From: Myxococcales bacterium
GTDB lineage: Bacteria > Myxococcota_A > UBA9042 > JABWCM01 > BTVJ01
NCBI GenBank assembly: GCA_045863395.1
Contig: BTVJ01000061.1
Span: 1 to 43,448, forward strand
DNA length: 43,448 bases
Reading direction: 5' to 3'
Shown here: positions 18,503 through 26,682 of the stretch, in pieces
Layout: every line of letters begins with the position of its first letter
How positions within the stretch are numbered: position 1 is the first letter of the stretch
Program-made: the position numbers and the translations under genes
Notes under the pieces: model-generated
Database searches by the model: none
Told to the model about the DNA's origin: nothing
Seen by the model: only the letters and a program-made list of their open reading frames with translations

Positions 18503-20227
18503 ATGAATCTCCTCGCCATGTCCTTCGAAGGTGAGCTGGCCCCGTCCTTCGACCTGCGCTGCCTGCGAGGGGAGCGCCTCCCCGACGGGTGGGGGCTCGG
18601 GTACTACCCGGGCGGCGACCCCGCGGCGACGGTGCTCAAGGAGCCCAACCCGGCAGAGGGCAGCATCCGCGGCGACCTGGTCAAGGCCTGGGAGCACCTC
18701 GAGTCGTCCCTGTTCATGGTCCACATCCGCACCGCCACGTGGGGGGCGGCGAGCGACGCCAACACCCAGCCCTTCGTGCGGTCCTACGCGCGCCGCGACT
18801 GGATGTTCGGGCACAGCGGCAGCCTGCGCCACGGCATCGAGTCGCGCCCACGGCCCCGCTTCGAGCCGGTCGGCGGCACCGACACGGAGCAGGTGTTCTG
18901 CGACCTGCTGGACCGCATCGCCGAGAAGGGGTGGCGCAGCCTCGCCGAGGCCGACCCCATGCTGCTGCGCGGGTGGCTCGACGCGTTCAATGAGCACGGG
19001 ACCCTGAGCGCGGCGCTCACCGACGGCCGCGACCTCTATATCTACGCGGACCGGGACGGGGACCCCATCCACGTGGGGCAGCTCCGCCCCCCCTACGAGC
19101 GCCTGGCGCTCGCAGACACGGAGCTCTCCGTGGACCTGACCCGGCGCGGCACCAAGCCCCGCAAGGGCGTCGTCGCGAGCACCGGGCGCCTGGACGTGGA
19201 CACGGACGGCGCGTGCGCCTGGCGCATCCTGCCGCCCGGGCACCTGCTGGTGCTGCGCCAGGGGGCTGTCATGACCGAGGTGGGGCCCTCCCGCGCCGGA
19301 CCGGGCGTCACCCCCGTCGCCCGCCACGGCCGTGACGTGACCCGCCTCGACCGGGCCGAGCCGCGGCGCTTCCACGTCGTCCACCGCACGACCTACACCT
19401 ACGAGCGCCCCGTCGAGCGCAGCCAGCACATCTTCCGCCTGGAGCCCCTCGTCGACCGGCTCCAGACGGTGACGTCGAGCGAGGTCCACTGCTCCGTGGA
19501 CGGCAAGATGCGCATCTACGACGACGTCTTCGGCAACCGGATCCGCCGCCTGCACCTCGACCGCCCCTACCAGGAGCTGCTCATCGAGGCGCGCTCGACC
19601 GTCGACGTGCTGGACGTGGACCCGCTGGACTACCGCCCGCTCCAGGCGCGCACCCTGATCCCGCTCGTGTGGATGCCCTGGCAGCGCCACATGCTCCAGC
19701 CCTTCCTGCTGCCGCCGGAGCTGCCCGCCAGCGAGCTCGACGAGCTGCTCGACTACGCCATGAGCTTCGTCCGCCGCAACGACTATGACCTGCTCTCGAC
19801 GTTGTGCGACATGACGCAGACCATCTACCGGGAGTATGCCTACCGTCCAGGAGTGACGACCCTCTCTACGACGGCCTACGAGGTCTATGTCACGCGCCAG
19901 GGTGTCTGCCAGGACTTCACCAACCTGTTCATCTGTCTCGCCCGCCTCCTCAGCGTCCCCGCGCGATACGTCTGCGGGTACGTCTACACGGGTGAGAAGA
20001 GCGCGAATCACGCGATGAGCGAGGCCTCACACGCCTGGGCGCAGGTCTATCTCCCGGAGGCTGGCTGGAAGGGGTTCGACCCGACCAACGGGATCATCAC
20101 CCAGACGGACCACGTCCGGGTGGCCGTGGGGCGAAACTACCGGGACACGACCCCGACCAGCGGCACCATCTACGTGGGCGGTGGCGGGGAGACCCTCGCG
20201 GCCGAGGTGCGCATCGAGCGGGAGTGA
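18503..20227 (+). CDS. Class II glutamine amidotransferase-like (Ntn, GATase_4/YafJ-like) domain fused to bacterial transglutaminase (N-terminal + core domains)
   Basis: N-half: DGWGLGYY, HIRTATWG, NTQPF, FGHSG, GGTDTE. C-half: VHRTTYTY, DVFGN, GVCQDF, SHAW, FDPTN, VAVGRNYRD. Confidence 0.9.
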   Translation: MNLLAMSFEGELAPSFDLRCLRGERLPDGWGLGYYPGGDPAATVLKEPNPAEGSIRGDLVKAWEHLESSLFMVHIRTATWGAASDANTQPFVRSYARRDWMFGHSGSLRHGIESRPRPRFEPVGGTDTEQVFCDLLDRIAEKGWRSLAEADPMLLRGWLDAFNEHGTLSAALTDGRDLYIYADRDGDPIHVGQLRPPYERLALADTELSVDLTRRGTKPRKGVVASTGRLDVDTDGACAWRILPPGHLLVLRQGAVMTEVGPSRAGPGVTPVARHGRDVTRLDRAEPRRFHVVHRTTYTYERPVERSQHIFRLEPLVDRLQTVTSSEVHCSVDGKMRIYDDVFGNRIRRLHLDRPYQELLIEARSTVDVLDVDPLDYRPLQARTLIPLVWMPWQRHMLQPFLLPPELPASELDELLDYAMSFVRRNDYDLLSTLCDMTQTIYREYAYRPGVTTLSTTAYEVYVTRQGVCQDFTNLFICLARLLSVPARYVCGYVYTGEKSANHAMSEASHAWAQVYLPEAGWKGFDPTNGIITQTDHVRVAVGRNYRDTTPTSGTIYVGGGGETLAAEVRIERE

Positions 20228-20242
20228 ACTCCTGGGGCGCCG

Positions 20243-22219
20243 TCAGCGCGGCATCTCGGCCCGATTGAGCGCCCTCAGCGCGTCGTCGATCCTCCGAACG
20301 CACCCCGGGCAGGGCTTCTCGTGGGCCATCTCGAAGGCGCTGCCGCAGCCTGTCTCGATCTCGGGGCGGGCGCCGCGCTCCAGCAGCAGGGCGATGGTTG
20401 GCTCCGAGCCCTTGTGGGCGGCGGCCATCAGCGCCGTGCACCCGCGCGCGTCCTGGTGCTCGACCGGCGCGCCCGCGTCGAGCAGCGCGCGGACCGTGCC
20501 GAGGTGCCCCTTGCTCGACGCCGAGATCAGCGGCGACCAGCCCGCCTTCGTCGCCCGACCCGGGTCGGCCCCGCCGGCGAGGAGCAGCCGGACCGTGGCC
20601 GCGTGCCCCTCCATGGCGGCGAAGAGCAGCGCCGTGTAGCCCTCGTCGTCGACAGCATCGACGTGGGCCCCTGCATCGAGCAGGTCCTGGACGGCCTGGG
20701 CGTACCCACCGTTCGCCGCCAGCATGAGCGGAGTGAAGCCGTCCTTGTCCCGCGCGTTGGGGTCGTCGCCCGCAGCGAGCTGCGCCGCGAGGGCCTCCCG
20801 ATGCCCGCGAGAGGCGACGAGCATGAGCCCCGTCCGCCCCTTCTTCGTGCGTCGCCCCGACGCCGTCAGGAGCCGCGCGGCCTCCTGCATGGAGGTCGCG
20901 TCCCCCTTGGCGACCAGCGCCTCCACGCGCGCCGGGTCGACGGGGGGCGGCGCTGCGGGGGCCTCCGCCACCGGAGCGCTCGGGGGGCGCTTCCCCATGA
21001 GGGCGCTCGCCGCGATCCCCGCGCCGAGCACGAGGAGCGAGACCACCCAGACGTAGCGCCGGCGCGAACGCCGAGGGGGCGCCGGGCTCCGAGGCACCGC
21101 CTGGGGAGCCCGCGGCGACGGAGCCCTCGCGGCCGTCGCGGCCCTGCGTGGCGCCGGCGGGCGCGCCAGGTGCGAGCCGGCCTCCACCGCCGCCTGCGAG
21201 GGGAAGGGGTCGAGCCCTCCCAGGGCCTCACGGCGAGCGCACCAGGGGCACGCGGTCTGGTGGCCCCCGTACCGGTGCTGGCCGTTGGTCGCGCAGGTTC
21301 GCAGCTCCGCCTCCGCGGTGGCGAGGAGCCGCGCCCACCTGGCGGCGTCGGGGCGCGCGTCGGGCCGCTCGTGCCCGTCGACGAAGCACCGGACGAAGGC
21401 CGACCGCAGCGCGGGGTGCAGCACCTCCACGGCCACGGCGGTGGGCTTCGGGCGGTAGGGACCGCGCCCGGGGACCCACGGCAGGTGGCCCGCGGCGATG
21501 CGCGCGCCGTAGGGGGCCGGCTCCCCAGGGCCCGCGAGCACCCCCTCGGTGGGGTGCGTCCCCTCCAGCAGGAGCTGGAACAGCAGCACGGCGAGGCCGA
21601 AGCGGTCGTCCTCCAGGGTCTGGTGCACATCTCCCATGGACCGCCCCTGGAGCTCCGGCGCCGTGAACTCGGGCTTGGCGACAGGCGAGCGGAACAGCTC
21701 CCCGGTCAACGGATCCTGGATGCGGAAGGAGTCACAGTCGACGAGCGTGACCCGCATCCCGTCGTCGACCACCGTGTTGGACTCGTTGATGTCGCCCACC
21801 ACCCCGCCGATGGCGTGGACCGCGTCCATGATCTCCGCCACCTGCCGCGCGACGGCGTGCAGGTCCGCCCAGGTGGTCAGGGGCCGCGCGACCCGCCGGG
21901 CGCCGGGATTGTAGAGGGTGAACACCGGCTCGAAGCGCGGAAGCAGGGGCATGACGAAGCCGACGAAGCGCCCCCCCTCGTACAGCGCATCCAGGGGCCA
22001 GGCCAGCGCGCGGTGCCCCCCGGGGTCCCTCGGCGGGTGCGCCACCATGACCCGAATCTTGCGCTCCCGCTCCGCAGTGGGCTGGTGATACACCTTGGCG
22101 ACCACGCCTGGCCACGCCGCCACCCGGAACACCCTCCCCTCGCCCCCCGCGCCGATCTGCGCCTCGGGCAGGAGGTCCGCGGTGCTCCCGTCCGAAGCGC
22201 GCCGAACACGGAGACTCAC
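20243..22219 (-). CDS. YegI/TerY-P-type Ser/Thr protein kinase with Zn-ribbon, TM helix and C-terminal ankyrin repeats
   Basis: GAGGEG, VAKVY, VGDINESN, VDCDS, FTAPELQ, CATNGQH...CPWC, TM YVWVVSLLVLGAGIAASALM, then about five GxTPLMxAA ankyrin units. Confidence 0.88.
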   Translation of the reverse strand: MSLRVRRASDGSTADLLPEAQIGAGGEGRVFRVAAWPGVVAKVYHQPTAERERKIRVMVAHPPRDPGGHRALAWPLDALYEGGRFVGFVMPLLPRFEPVFTLYNPGARRVARPLTTWADLHAVARQVAEIMDAVHAIGGVVGDINESNTVVDDGMRVTLVDCDSFRIQDPLTGELFRSPVAKPEFTAPELQGRSMGDVHQTLEDDRFGLAVLLFQLLLEGTHPTEGVLAGPGEPAPYGARIAAGHLPWVPGRGPYRPKPTAVAVEVLHPALRSAFVRCFVDGHERPDARPDAARWARLLATAEAELRTCATNGQHRYGGHQTACPWCARREALGGLDPFPSQAAVEAGSHLARPPAPRRAATAARAPSPRAPQAVPRSPAPPRRSRRRYVWVVSLLVLGAGIAASALMGKRPPSAPVAEAPAAPPPVDPARVEALVAKGDATSMQEAARLLTASGRRTKKGRTGLMLVASRGHREALAAQLAAGDDPNARDKDGFTPLMLAANGGYAQAVQDLLDAGAHVDAVDDEGYTALLFAAMEGHAATVRLLLAGGADPGRATKAGWSPLISASSKGHLGTVRALLDAGAPVEHQDARGCTALMAAAHKGSEPTIALLLERGARPEIETGCGSAFEMAHEKPCPGCVRRIDDALRALNRAEMPR

Positions 22220-22971
22220 GGGGCTCGCGCCTCGCCGCGCGCCAGGACGGCGACGATGAGGGACCGATCATCGTCGGAGCGGCTCGCGACCCGCTCACTC
22301 AAGAGAAAGGTGGCGAGATCCCGCGACCCTGACTCGGGCTCCGCCGTAGCGGCAAACTCGGCCAGCGGCCGAAAGAACGGCGCGTGAGGCTCGCCGGACG
22401 GCATGCGGAGCGCGAGGCGCTGGAGCCCATCGGAGAAGACGACGAGTGCAGACACCGCCCCCCGCCAGTCTCCCCGCTGGGCCCGCCCCCTTGCGCCGGG
22501 CGTCACGAGAAACGTAGTCTCGTTGACGAACTCTCCGACGGGCGGACGGGTCAGCGCCTGGGGAGACTCCCCGTGACCCAGGACGACCGCGGCCCCGTCG
22601 CCAATCTGCACCGCTGCCGCAGCGCCAGTGCCCGCCGCGGCGAGGATCAGCGTCGCCGCCAGCTCACGGGGCGCAACCCCGAGCGCGTCTGCCTCTGCGT
22701 GGACAGCGGCGATGGCGACGTCCAGCGCGGCCTCCAGGACGCCGGGCCCGATGGGGTCAGGGGTCTCGCGGAGGCTCGCCATGACCGAGGCGACGGCGAC
22801 TCGCGCCCCGACGTCTCCGCGGGAGGCAGAACCGGCACCGTCGGAGACGGCGACGACGAGCTGCCCGTCCCCCCGGACCACCCAGGCGCACGCGTCCTGG
22901 CAGGGCGCTCCCGAGGCGGCGTGACTCTCCCCGGTGACAGACGCGCCGAGGACGCGCCACGCGGAGCTCAT
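22216..22971 (-). CDS. PP2C-family protein phosphatase (YegK-like)
   Basis: ASVTGESH, PCQDA, AVSDGAGSA, QIGDG, NETTF, FSDGL, SDDDRS. Overlaps both neighbours by 4 nt. Confidence 0.9.
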   Translation of the reverse strand: MSSAWRVLGASVTGESHAASGAPCQDACAWVVRGDGQLVVAVSDGAGSASRGDVGARVAVASVMASLRETPDPIGPGVLEAALDVAIAAVHAEADALGVAPRELAATLILAAAGTGAAAAVQIGDGAAVVLGHGESPQALTRPPVGEFVNETTFLVTPGARGRAQRGDWRGAVSALVVFSDGLQRLALRMPSGEPHAPFFRPLAEFAATAEPESGSRDLATFLLSERVASRSDDDRSLIVAVLARGEARAP

Positions 22972-23654
22972 ACGGCGGCCCACCCGGGGGGCGCCAGCGA
23001 GACCTGGTCGTCGATCCGCGACTGGGACACCTTCTGCATGCTGGACGACAGCCAGACGAACATCTCGCCGAAGTCGAGGCCGTTCAGGCGCAGCGGAGTC
23101 CGAGGTACGAGGGTGGAGAGCCGCTTCAGGTTCGCCCCCTGCACCCCCACCGCGAAGAAGGCCACGCGCCGGGCCGTCTCCTCGTCGTGCACCCGCTGCG
23201 CCGCGCTCTCGACCACCTCGTCGGGCTCCCCCTGGGGCTCCCCGTCGGTGATCATGAACACCCACGGCCGGTAGTAGGCGACCCCGGACGCCTTGTAGAG
23301 GGCCTTTCGCTCGGCGACCAGGTCCAGGGCGCGGTGGATGCCGCCTCCCATGGCCGTCAGCCCCGAGGCGTCCAAGGTGGGGGCGGCGAAGCGATCCGCC
23401 GTCACGAAGTCCTGGACGACCTGGACGCCGCTCGCGAACCCGACGACGGCCACCTCCACCCGGCGCGCCGCCAGGGCGTCCGAGGCCAGCTCCTCCTGGA
23501 ACCGTCGGAGGCCGTCGTTGAGGGCGTCGATGGGCTCACCACGCATGGAGCCCGACGTGTCGATGAGGAGCACGCAGGGGCAGCGCGGCTCCGGGTTCTC
23601 GGCGAACTCCACGGCGGCTTCGAGCGCAGCGGCGCCGGCTGGGGGCGTGGTCAT
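22968..23654 (-). CDS. terY: TerY-type vWA domain protein (YegL-like)
   Basis: NPEPRCPCVLLIDTSGSM (MIDAS), YYRPWVFMITDGEP, FVWLSSS. Confidence 0.9.
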   Translation of the reverse strand: MTTPPAGAAALEAAVEFAENPEPRCPCVLLIDTSGSMRGEPIDALNDGLRRFQEELASDALAARRVEVAVVGFASGVQVVQDFVTADRFAAPTLDASGLTAMGGGIHRALDLVAERKALYKASGVAYYRPWVFMITDGEPQGEPDEVVESAAQRVHDEETARRVAFFAVGVQGANLKRLSTLVPRTPLRLNGLDFGEMFVWLSSSMQKVSQSRIDDQVSLAPPGWAAV

Positions 23655-23688
23655 CTGGATCCTCCCGAGGTCCCCCCGGGGAGTCGCC

Positions 23689-23717
23689 ATTGTCCGCGGT
23701 CAGTCCCCCCACGTCAA
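23689..23717 (-). promoter_or_regulatory. Sigma70 promoter for the terY-PP2C-kinase operon
   Basis: Minus strand TTGACG-17 nt-GACAAT upstream of the terY start. Confidence 0.6.
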
Positions 23718-23881
23718 CGCCCGACCTGCGGTCGAGTCCTGTGGCGCTCCGGCGCTTGGGTTACGCCCCTGGACGCTCCTTCCAGTCGAACGAGGGCCGG
23801 TCTGGACGCCAGTGGTTCCTCCCGGCCTGATGGCGTGCTATCGTGACGCAGTGCGTTGCGCGGGGGGCAACGGAGGCGCGC

Positions 23882-26185
23882 ATGGGCGAGAGCCAAGGCG
23901 ACCCGGGCCCTCTGGACCCCACCGAGCGCAGCGCTGCGCCGCTCGACGCTCTGCTCGCCGCGATCCCAGGCATCGTGTGGGAGATCGAGGGCCACCCCGC
24001 CGAGTCCCCGCGCCCCCGCTTCGTCGGAGCCCAGATCGAGCGCATCCTGGGCTACACGCTGGCGGAGTGCATCGCCATCCCCAACTTCTGGTTGACAACC
24101 ACCCACCCGGACGACCGGGCCCGGGCGGCGGCGGAGGCGCGCGAGGCCTGGGAGGGCGGTGGGCGAGTACACACCGTTCGGTCCACGCACAAGTCCGGCC
24201 GGACCGTGTGGCTGGAGCACCACGTCCACCTGGTGCGCGACGGGAGCGGACACCGGGTGGGAATGCGCGGCGTGTCCTTCGACGTGACCGAGCGACGCGC
24301 GGCCCTCGACGGACTGCTCGCCAGCGAGGCGCGGTTCCGCGGAGTGCTGGAGTCGGCGCCAGATGCGATGCTCCTGCTGGACACGAAGGGGCGCATCGCC
24401 TTCGTCAACGCGCAGTGCGAGGCCATGTTCGGGTGGACCCGGGACGAGCTGGTCGGCCAGGAGGTGGAGCTGCTCCTGCCCGAGGACGCCCGGGACCAGC
24501 ACCGGGCCATGCGCGCTCGGTGGGGTGCGCTCGCCGAGGCCCGCATGATCGGCCAGGCGGGGGGCGTCCACGGCCGGCATCGTTCGGGCACCCTCGTTCC
24601 GGCGGAGATCCGTGTCAGCCCCCTGCGCATGCCGGACGGCGAGCTGTGGCATGTGGCGGACATCCGCGACGTGACCGAGCGGCGCCGCGCGGAGGAGGCG
24701 CTGGCCGTCGAGAAGGAGCGCCTCGCGGTCACCCTGCGCTCCATCGGCGACGCCGTCATCGCCACCGACACGGAGCGGCGGGTACAGCTCCTGAACCGCG
24801 TCGCCGAGCAGCTCACGGGCTGGACCCAGGACGAGGCGCGGGGGCGCCCGGTCACAGAGGTGATGCGCGTCCTGGACCCGGCCACGCGCGCTCCGGTCGA
24901 GAGCCCGGTGGACCAGGTGCTGCGCTCGGGAGAGGCCGTGCAGTTCGGGCAGCGGTGCGTGCTGCTCACGCGGGCCGGAATGGAGCGCATCATCGCGGAC
25001 AGCGCGGCGCCCATCGGGCACCGGGGCGAGTCCATACAAGGGGTGGTGCTCGCGTTTCGGGACGTCACCGACGAGGACGTGCGCAACGCCGCCGTGGAGC
25101 GTGCTTCGCGCCTCGGAGCGCTCGGCGCCTTGGCCGGGGGGATCGCGCACGACTTCAACAACCTGCTGACGACCATCCTCGGAAACCTGGAGCTTGCGCG
25201 CCTCGGCTCGGACACCGCGCGCCGCCTGGCAGCCGCAGAGCAGTCGGCCATGGACGCGCGGGCCCTGACTCAGCGCCTGCTGGGGTTCGCGCGGGGAGGG
25301 GCGCCCATCCGCCGGCCGGTGGACCTGGGCGACCTGCTGCGGGGGACGACGACCGTGGCCCTCGCCGGCTCCCTGTCCCACCCCGAGTTCTCGATCCCGG
25401 CGGACTTGTGGGCAGCCCACGTCGACGCCCAGCAGGTGTCGCAGGTGGTGCGGGCGGTCGTGGAGAACGCCGCCGAATCCATGCCCACGGGCGGAACGGT
25501 GCGTGTGTCGGCCCGCAACGAGGAGGTGAGTGGCCCCGGGGTGCTCGCGGCAGGGCGCTACGTCCGCATCCAGGTGGACGACCAGGGCGCCGGGATCCCA
25601 CCGGAGCTGCTCCCCCGTGTGTTCGACCCCTTCGTCTCGACACGGACGGCTGGGGCCGGCCTCGGGCTAGCCACGTCCTGGGCAATCGTGCAGCGCCACG
25701 GCGGCCACATCGCCGTCACGTCCACGCCGGGAGCAGGCACCTCCGTGTTCATCCACCTGCCAGCGGCCGACGGGGCACGACCGGAGCTGTCCGGTCAGCC
25801 CCGCTCGACGGGAGGTCGCGTCCTGGTGATGGACGACGAGGCGGTGATGCTGGAGACCATGGCGGCCCTGCTGAGCGCCCTGGGGTACGATCCGGTCACC
25901 ACGCGGGACGGTCAGGAGGCGGTCACCGCCTGGGAGGAGGCCCGCCGCACGGGGCGACCATTCTGCTGCGCCATCTTGGATCTGACGGTCCCGGGTGGTA
26001 TGGGCGGGCGCCGCGCCGTGCGGCGGATTCGGGAGCAGGACCCCACCGCGCGGGTCATCGTATCGAGCGGCTACTCCAACGACCCGGTCATGGCGAACGC
26101 CAGCGCCTATGGATTTGCGGGAGTGCTCCCGAAGCCCTACACCCTCGACGAGCTGCGCTCGGTGCTGGCCGCCGTGCGCGCATGA
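23882..26185 (+). CDS. Cytoplasmic hybrid sensor kinase: three PAS domains, HisKA, HATPase and receiver
   Basis: HPDDR PAS, AGGIAHDFNNLL H-box, DQGAGI, FDPF, GAGLGL, receiver VMDDE...LDLTVPG...KPY. ATG 23882 follows GGAGG. Confidence 0.93.
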   Translation: MGESQGDPGPLDPTERSAAPLDALLAAIPGIVWEIEGHPAESPRPRFVGAQIERILGYTLAECIAIPNFWLTTTHPDDRARAAAEAREAWEGGGRVHTVRSTHKSGRTVWLEHHVHLVRDGSGHRVGMRGVSFDVTERRAALDGLLASEARFRGVLESAPDAMLLLDTKGRIAFVNAQCEAMFGWTRDELVGQEVELLLPEDARDQHRAMRARWGALAEARMIGQAGGVHGRHRSGTLVPAEIRVSPLRMPDGELWHVADIRDVTERRRAEEALAVEKERLAVTLRSIGDAVIATDTERRVQLLNRVAEQLTGWTQDEARGRPVTEVMRVLDPATRAPVESPVDQVLRSGEAVQFGQRCVLLTRAGMERIIADSAAPIGHRGESIQGVVLAFRDVTDEDVRNAAVERASRLGALGALAGGIAHDFNNLLTTILGNLELARLGSDTARRLAAAEQSAMDARALTQRLLGFARGGAPIRRPVDLGDLLRGTTTVALAGSLSHPEFSIPADLWAAHVDAQQVSQVVRAVVENAAESMPTGGTVRVSARNEEVSGPGVLAAGRYVRIQVDDQGAGIPPELLPRVFDPFVSTRTAGAGLGLATSWAIVQRHGGHIAVTSTPGAGTSVFIHLPAADGARPELSGQPRSTGGRVLVMDDEAVMLETMAALLSALGYDPVTTRDGQEAVTAWEEARRTGRPFCCAILDLTVPGGMGGRRAVRRIREQDPTARVIVSSGYSNDPVMANASAYGFAGVLPKPYTLDELRSVLAAVRA

Positions 26186-26682
26186 GCAGCGCCCCTCGGC
26201 CACCGGGCTCTCGGCGGCGGGTCTGAGTCACTCTCGACGTGTGCGTGGTCTGATGGCCCCGGAGCATGGACTTCGGAGAGCTTGAGAGCAGTGGCGGCAG
26301 AGGAGTCTGTTGCCCGCCCCCGGCGCACGCCACGAGGCCACTGCGATGCGATCCCGGTGCTGCCCGAGCTCTGTCTCGTGCCGATTGGGCGGGGAGCGAG
26401 GGGCAGGCGGGTCTGCGAGATCCTCAGCCACCCACGGCGGATTCTGCTGGGACCCGCAGCCCGGATGCGCCAGGGATCGACGGGATGCACTCCCGTCTGA
26501 GCCGATGCGGGCGACCGGCACGAGTCCCGCACTGGGCCCTGCGAGAGTATGCAGATTGCGCTGGAGGGTCCCCGTGGCGCGGCGAGGTCTCAGTGGAGAC
26601 CTGCGGCGCAGGCAGACACCCCGGAAGGCAACCTGGAGCAGCAAACAGGTCACGGCCCAGCGGCCGGACGAACGGAGGAGCG

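Noticed and set aside
26330..26610. Cobalamin riboswitch (GCCACTG and GGAGACCTGC-like words)
   Set aside because: Other core elements (AGGGAA, CCCGC-ACTGT, GGGAAG) are not found with the right spacing.
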